Below, piece after piece: positions 1-2,543 of a DNA stretch of 2,543 nucleotides (position 1 is the stretch's first letter; every line of letters begins with the position of its first letter). The DNA is taken from assembly GCF_024298765.1 (NCBI RefSeq), contig NZ_CP101218.1. One strand, written 5' to 3'. A program made the position numbers and the translations under genes. This DNA comes from Escherichia coli. GTDB lineage: Bacteria > Pseudomonadota > Gammaproteobacteria > Enterobacterales > Enterobacteriaceae. The notes beneath the pieces were generated by a model. That model was not told the origin of the DNA and did not search any database. It was given only the letters and a program-made list of their open reading frames with translations.

Positions 1-133
1 TGTCGAAAAGTTGCAGCGGAAAATGGGACAGGATGTGTATTCGTCATACCGCGAATACATTCGCTTGCATGAGAATACCTCCTGTCAGGGCAAGCCCCGA
101 CACCCCAAACGTGCAAAATGGAGAGTCATTGCG
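1..133 (+). promoter_or_regulatory. Leader region upstream of mobC; candidate operator or oriT-like (bom-like) region
   Basis: Seen in sequence: 14-bp palindrome GCGAAT-ac-ATTCGC (51-64), GAATAC direct repeat (53-58, 73-78), 9-bp palindrome CCTGTCAGG (81-89), and the 12-mer GCCCCGACACCC (94-105), which I recall as also present in the pBR322/ColE1 bom region. SD-like GGAGAG (119-124) lies 9 nt before the ATG at 134. The same frame is open back to position 2, so this region could instead be coding. Confidence 0.25.
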
Positions 134-559
134 ATGACTAAAAATAAACGTAGTGGTTCAGAAGTACGGCAGAGAACTAAGGTTATCACCCTTAGAGTAA
201 ATAACAGAGTCGCAAGCGAAATCAGACGGCGAGCGAAGAACGAAGGACTGACAATTTCAGAATATATCAGGACGGCAAGTTTAAATAATGAAATAAAACA
301 GCGCGTACCTTCCAGGTATTTAGATGAATTAATCCGACTTGGTCGGATGCAGAAGAAATTATTTGATAAGGGAAAGCGGCCGAAGGATAAGGAGTACCTC
401 GAGGTGATGCATAAAATAATTTTACTTTGCGATGAAATGAAAATAGTAACGAAGCGAATTTCTGATGTATATAATGAAATGGATTTAATAAAGGATGAAA
501 TAAAAATAATAAAAAGGATACATAAAGATAAATATCCAGGTTCGGATTTATTCAAATAA
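134..559 (+). CDS. mobC: Ribbon-helix-helix DNA-binding protein, MobC/MbeC-like plasmid mobilization accessory protein (141 aa). The frame is open to the window start, so alternative starts at ATG 23, TTG 11 or off-window cannot be excluded.
   Basis: ORF track frame 11..559. ATG at 134 is preceded by GGAGAG with a 9-nt spacer. The N-terminal basic tail followed by RTKVITLRVNNRVASEIRRRAKNEGLTISEYIRTASLN fits the RHH beta-strand/helix/helix pattern (R-x-I-x-L-R-V ... G-L-T-I-S-E-Y-I-R) typical of MobC-type relaxosome accessory proteins; the C-terminal half is charged and helical. TAA stop at 557-559. Confidence 0.6.
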   Translation: MTKNKRSGSEVRQRTKVITLRVNNRVASEIRRRAKNEGLTISEYIRTASLNNEIKQRVPSRYLDELIRLGRMQKKLFDKGKRPKDKEYLEVMHKIILLCDEMKIVTKRISDVYNEMDLIKDEIKIIKRIHKDKYPGSDLFK

Positions 560-562
560 ACA

Positions 563-590
563 AATAAGGTCTTTTAAAAAAGACCTTATT
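563..590. terminator. Bidirectional intrinsic-terminator-like hairpin between the convergent mobC and repL genes
   Basis: Perfect inverted repeat AATAAGGTCTTTT (563-575) / AAAAGACCTTATT (578-590) with a 2-nt centre, A/T-rich runs on both sides, starting 4 nt after the mobC stop. Confidence 0.6.
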
Positions 591-618
591 TAGATGTGCA
601 TTATTTTATTTCTTCGGT

Positions 619-627
619 TGTTATAAT
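619..627 (+). promoter_or_regulatory. Extended -10 promoter-like element (TGtTATAAT) pointing toward the 3' end of repL (antisense)
   Basis: TG at 619-620 followed by the consensus TATAAT hexamer at 622-627. No good -35, which extended -10 promoters do not require. In AT-rich DNA this could be chance. Confidence 0.25.
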
Positions 628-755
628 AGTTTCACCGTTAGGTGAATATTTAATTCTCATTTCAAACTCTCGACGCTGTTCAATTATTTTTTTCATTCAC
701 CACGAGCAAATAAATTAGGGTTCGCCTGAGCGGACACCGGATAACCCACTTATTC

Positions 756-1307
756 TTAACTAGATTTATCCTCTTGTTTTTCAATTGTATTTTTTCTCTC
801 AATCACAGTTGTAAACGCGATTCTGTCACCATTAAAAACAAAGTTAGGGTTAATGAAATACCTTCCTTGTCGCATTGTTTTTGCAATTATTTTCGCTTTT
901 TCCAATTCATTAAGACCTCGCTTAAAGGTTGCAAGACTTAGTCGTAATGGTTGTTTACTCGCAGAAACTTGGCACTGAAGAAACGCTTCTAAAACTAAGG
1001 TATCCAAATCAACTTCGTCTTTTGAGAGTGCAGAGTTCTGAACGGACCAAACTAAAACACCGAAGGCTTTAATTCCCGCAGAAGATAGCTCAAAAGTTAA
1101 GCCAATATTTGCTGTAAAAAGTTTTACAAACTGTTCGCTATCAACACGTTTATATGTTGTTACGTGAGTACCTTGAACCTCACCTGTGTTCTGATTGACC
1201 AGGATGTTATCATCACGACCTAGACGCGAAAGCCTAACTTGCTTCCCCTTGACAGGTACAACCATTCCTTCTAAAAATGGGTTTTCTTTATAGCGACCGA
1301 AGCTCAT
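756..1307 (-). CDS. repL: Plasmid replication initiator, RepL family (winged-helix DNA-binding), 183 aa
   Basis: ORF track 756..1307 (-). ATG at 1305-1307 on the minus strand is preceded by AGGGGTG (SD-like) with about a 5-nt spacer. The protein carries motifs I recognise from RepL of staphylococcal pSN2-type plasmids and phage P1 RepL: NTGEV near the N-terminus, a central FVKLF...GL segment, and a C-terminal LNELEKAKIIAK...YFINPNFVFNGDRI (compare LKILEEGNIIKRK...LMLNPELLMRGDD). Family assignment is from memory, not a search. Confidence 0.8.
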   Translation of the reverse strand: MSFGRYKENPFLEGMVVPVKGKQVRLSRLGRDDNILVNQNTGEVQGTHVTTYKRVDSEQFVKLFTANIGLTFELSSAGIKAFGVLVWSVQNSALSKDEVDLDTLVLEAFLQCQVSASKQPLRLSLATFKRGLNELEKAKIIAKTMRQGRYFINPNFVFNGDRIAFTTVIERKNTIEKQEDKSS

Positions 1308-1338
1308 TTTTCACCCCTAAAATGATACGCAGAAGCTA

Positions 1339-1367
1339 ATCATAGATGCGGGGTAGCTCAAAAACAA
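1339..1367 (-). promoter_or_regulatory. Candidate sigma70 promoter for repL (-35 TTGTTT, 17-bp spacer, -10 TATGAT), overlapped by an inverted half-iteron
   Basis: On the minus strand: TTGTTT (plus coordinates 1362-1367), 17 nt, TATGAT (plus 1339-1344). Predicted start near 1332 gives a leader of about 25 nt containing the SD. The inverted half-iteron GTAGCTCAA (1353-1361) sits in the spacer. Confidence 0.3.
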
Positions 1368-1412
1368 GCATAATTTTGAGCTACGGTAGCAACAGGATTG
1401 AGCTACCGTAGT
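1353..1412. repeat. Iteron-like repeats upstream of repL: two 15-bp direct repeats 22 bp apart plus an inverted half-copy
   Basis: TTGAGCTACGGTAGC (1376-1390) and TTGAGCTACCGTAGT (1398-1412) match at 13 of 15 positions with a 22-bp period. Each has internal dyad symmetry (GCTAC-N-GTAGC). GTAGCTCAA (1353-1361) is the reverse complement of the first 9 nt. Confidence 0.55.
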
Positions 1413-1476
1413 ACAGATCCTGAAAACACGATCCCCATTTCATGCGGGTTGCGAGAGATTCCCTTCTTAGTTCTTA

Positions 1477-1510
1477 ACGGTAGTGCGTACGTGCTCAATT
1501 TAGCTACCGG
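1477..1510. repeat. Degenerate additional copies of the GCTAC/GTAGC iteron motif
   Basis: ACGGTAGT (1477-1484) and TTAGCTACCGG (1500-1510) match parts of the 15-bp iteron. Between them lies the palindromic core TGCGTACG. Confidence 0.3.
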
Positions 1511-1515
1511 TTCTT

Positions 1516-1573
1516 TTCCGCTTCCTCGTCGATTCGCTCACTACGTTCGGTCACCGACTTGCGGCGAGCGGTA
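1516..1573. other. Primosome-assembly-site-like segment (ssi/pas) resembling the region just downstream of the pMB1/ColE1 origin
   Basis: Window sequence TTCCGCTTCCTCG...CGCTCACT...GTTCGG...TGCGGCGAGCGGTA shares, in the same order and orientation, an 11-13-mer, an 8-mer and a 14-mer with the pBR322/pUC backbone (CTTCCGCTTCCTCGCTCACTGACTCGCTGCGCTCGGTCGTTCGGCTGCGGCGAGCGGTATCAG) as I recall it. Not verified by a search. Confidence 0.4.
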
Positions 1574-1595
1574 ACAACACTCGCGCATTGCCGTC

Positions 1596-1621
1596 GATCC
1601 CGTTTTTGATCTGCGACGATC
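1596..1621. other. Cluster of three GATC (Dam) sites within 26 bp
   Basis: GATC at 1596-1599, 1608-1611 and 1618-1621. The window has 7 GATC in total, none in the first 1415 bp and 6 between 1416 and 1727. Confidence 0.5.
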
Positions 1622-1697
1622 GCGCCGTTTGAAGGCCTCAGGAGCACCAGAACGCGTTTTTGAGGGTCTGTCAGGGGTTTGGGCGCCTTTGGCCCTT

Positions 1698-1710
1698 AAA
1701 CGCGCTCAGA
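1698..1710 (+). repeat. 13-bp direct repeat AAACGCGCTCAGA, copy 1
   Basis: Exact 13-mer also found at 2076-2088, 378 bp away. Confidence 0.9.
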
Positions 1711-1739
1711 AGCTCCCAGACGCGATCAAATGCCAACAG

Positions 1740-1755
1740 ATGCCCGTCAGGGCAT
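1740..1755. repeat. Perfect hairpin ATGCCC-gtca-GGGCAT
   Basis: 6-bp stem (1740-1745 with 1750-1755) and a 4-nt loop. Confidence 0.7.
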
Positions 1756-1932
1756 GGGAGGCGCGAAAAATGCTTACAGAGGCTCTCAGGAGGTCAGGCG
1801 CGCCGATACCCCTAACCAGGGGCTTTCAGGTCGCCAGGAACCGCGCCAGCCTCCTGCAAAGCCGATTAGCACGGAACAGGAAGCTACTCGGTTGGGAGGA
1901 GGTCGTAGACCGTCGGTGTTGCAGCGATGGGG

Positions 1933-1986
1933 GTCTGGGGTACTCCCCAGACGGTTTCCGGTTGCGCTCAAGGCGCTGCCGGAACC
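1933..1986. repeat. Tandem GC-rich stem-loops
   Basis: GTCTGGGG-tact-CCCCAGAC (1933-1952) is a perfect 8-bp stem. It is followed immediately by GGTTTCCGG...GCGC-tcaag-GCGC...CCGGAACC (1953-1986), an 8-bp outer stem with one bulge plus a 4-bp inner stem. Confidence 0.7.
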
Positions 1987-2075
1987 GTGGCGGCTTCGGT
2001 GGTGAAGGGTGAGCGCGTTTCCAAGAGGTTCTCGAGACAACGGCATGACTGAACTGAACAGATGGAACGAGGAAG

Positions 2076-2088
2076 AAACGCGCTCAGA
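2076..2088 (+). repeat. 13-bp direct repeat AAACGCGCTCAGA, copy 2
   Basis: Exact copy of 1698-1710. The related motif CAGACGC occurs at 1717-1723 and 2085-2091. Confidence 0.9.
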
Positions 2089-2110
2089 CGCTTTGTAGCG
2101 CGCTTTTCTG
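2079..2110 (+). terminator. Weak terminator-like hairpin followed by a T-run on the plus strand
   Basis: CGCGCT (2079-2084) pairs with AGCGCG (2097-2102) around a 12-nt loop, followed by CTTTTCTG (2103-2110). The large loop and short stem make this weak. Confidence 0.2.
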
Positions 2111-2225
2111 TGTCAGGCAAGTTTGTTGTGTCTTTTGCCTTTCAGGTTGTCAGCAGCTGGCGGAGCACTGCACGGGGATTAATGCTCCCATTGCCAGGAT
2201 GAAATAAAGATTAGGAGCGACGTTA

Positions 2226-2236
2226 AGTTATATTTT
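2226..2236 (+). repeat. 11-bp direct repeat AGTTATATTTT, copy 1
   Basis: Exact 11-mer repeated at 2269-2279, 43 bp apart, in the AT-rich region immediately right of the GC-rich island. Confidence 0.8.
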
Positions 2237-2268
2237 TAATATATAAACGCGATATCAATAACTCACAT

Positions 2269-2279
2269 AGTTATATTTT
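2269..2279 (+). repeat. 11-bp direct repeat AGTTATATTTT, copy 2
   Basis: Exact copy of 2226-2236. Confidence 0.8.
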
Positions 2280-2389
2280 ATGCATATGCTACCATCTTGC
2301 TCTTTTGCCTCCTGCTCTCTGGACGAATCCCGCATTACCAACAGGCAATGGATTATATAACCAAGAAGATCTAATCTTTATTCCTCTAA

Positions 2390-2398
2390 TAATCCACA
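2390..2398 (+). promoter_or_regulatory. DnaA-box-like 9-mer TAATCCACA
   Basis: 8 of 9 match to the DnaA box consensus TTATCCACA. A single site in AT-rich DNA. Confidence 0.2.
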
Positions 2399-2432
2399 AA
2401 CGACAGACAACAAAGACATCAATTAATTCGGT

Positions 2433-2449
2433 GTTATTTATTAAATAAC
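2433..2449. promoter_or_regulatory. 17-bp perfect AT-rich palindrome GTTATTTA-t-TAAATAAC
   Basis: 8-bp arms with a 1-nt centre, about 40 bp upstream of a possible ATG at 2487. Confidence 0.25.
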
Positions 2450-2543
2450 AAGCAATAATTTTTAAAATCTGTGTAAATAATATTGAATGAAGCATCATTT
2501 TTTTGTATCAGAAATACCAGGTTACGACGCGGTATTTTATTTT

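Larger units (their letters stand above)
1580..2200. other. GC-rich, highly structured non-coding island; candidate RNA-primed (ColE1-like RNAII-type) origin module, structured ncRNA, or remnant
   Basis: Sharp compositional shift from AT-rich flanks. Overlapping ORFs on both strands have Arg/Gly/Pro-rich, low-complexity translations and no SD-spaced ATG. Multiple perfect hairpins, internal direct repeats, AAAAACG motifs on the minus strand (complement of CGTTTTT at 1601-1607 and 1654-1660), and about 550-600 bp between the pas-like segment and the AT-rich right flank, similar in scale to a ColE1 preprimer. Confidence 0.35.

Noticed and set aside
11-133. N-terminal extension of the mobC ORF (TTG at 11 or ATG at 23)
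   Set aside because: No convincing RBS at either site, and the extension is not protein-like relative to the RHH core, while ATG 134 has a well-spaced GGAGAG. Kept as an alternative in the feature note because the frame is open to the window edge.
85-555. 156-aa ORF on the minus strand
   Set aside because: Lies entirely antisense to the well-supported mobC CDS. Its translation is low-complexity (I/F/S-rich), as expected from the reverse frame of an AT-rich gene, and it has no RBS.
718-747. GGGTT...AACCC stem that looked tRNA-like or terminator-like just past the repL stop
   Set aside because: Only a 5-bp stem with a 20-nt loop, no cloverleaf, no conserved tRNA boxes and no adjoining U-run.
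1480-1495. Possible XerC/XerD (cer/dif-like) site suggested by TGCGTAC
   Set aside because: Only a 7-bp match to the XerC arm, with no recognisable XerD arm (TTATGTTAAAT-like) at the right spacing. More parsimoniously part of the iteron region.
1730-2005. 91-aa ORF on the plus strand in the GC-rich island
   Set aside because: Same reasons. Its ATG lies inside a hairpin region, there is no RBS, and the product is Pro/Arg/Gly-rich and non-protein-like.
1629-2012. 127-aa ORF on the plus strand (TTG start) in the GC-rich island
   Set aside because: No ATG with an SD. The translation is Arg/Gly-rich with runs such as RSRRCRNRGGFGGEG. It overlaps two other ORFs in different frames and strands, the usual pattern for spurious ORFs in GC-rich non-coding DNA.
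1786-2046. 86-aa ORF on the minus strand in the GC-rich island
   Set aside because: Same reasons: low-complexity Arg/Ser/Gly-rich product, no RBS, antisense overlap with the other spurious ORFs.
2213-2217. Strong SD-like AGGAG suggesting a small gene
   Set aside because: No ATG, GTG or TTG lies 4-12 nt downstream, and stops follow in all frames.
2289-2498. 69-aa ORF on the minus strand in the AT-rich right flank
   Set aside because: No SD before the ATG and an odd composition ending in a Gly/Arg tail (GFVQRAGGKRARW). It overlaps the repeat and palindrome elements. More likely a non-coding regulatory region, though a small hydrophobic peptide cannot be fully excluded.
1-2543. CRISPR array, toxin-antitoxin pair, retron or other defence system
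   Set aside because: No regularly spaced repeat-spacer array, no reverse transcriptase or nuclease ORF, and no pair of small adjacent ORFs. Only two credible CDSs exist, and both are plasmid maintenance or transfer functions.

Overview
This 2543-bp window reads as the backbone of a small, AT-rich mobilizable plasmid (or a plasmid-derived segment), not a defence or cargo locus. I found no convincing novel multi-gene system. Two convergent genes are well supported: a ribbon-helix-helix MobC-like mobilization accessory protein (134-559, +) and a RepL-family replication initiator (756-1307, -), separated by a perfect 13-bp-arm palindromic terminator (563-590). Upstream of repL lie iteron-like repeats (1353-1412, with degenerate copies to 1510) that overlap a candidate repL promoter. 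The most unusual part is a roughly 600-bp GC-rich, densely structured island (about 1580-2200) with no credible coding potential, preceded by a segment (1516-1573) that resembles, from memory, the primosome-assembly region just downstream of the pMB1/ColE1 origin. My working hypothesis is that this island is an RNA-primed (ColE1-type) origin module or a remnant of one, which would make the plasmid a mosaic with two replication modules and an orphan mobC lacking a relaxase. All family assignments come from reading motifs by eye and from recalled reference sequences; no database search was run.
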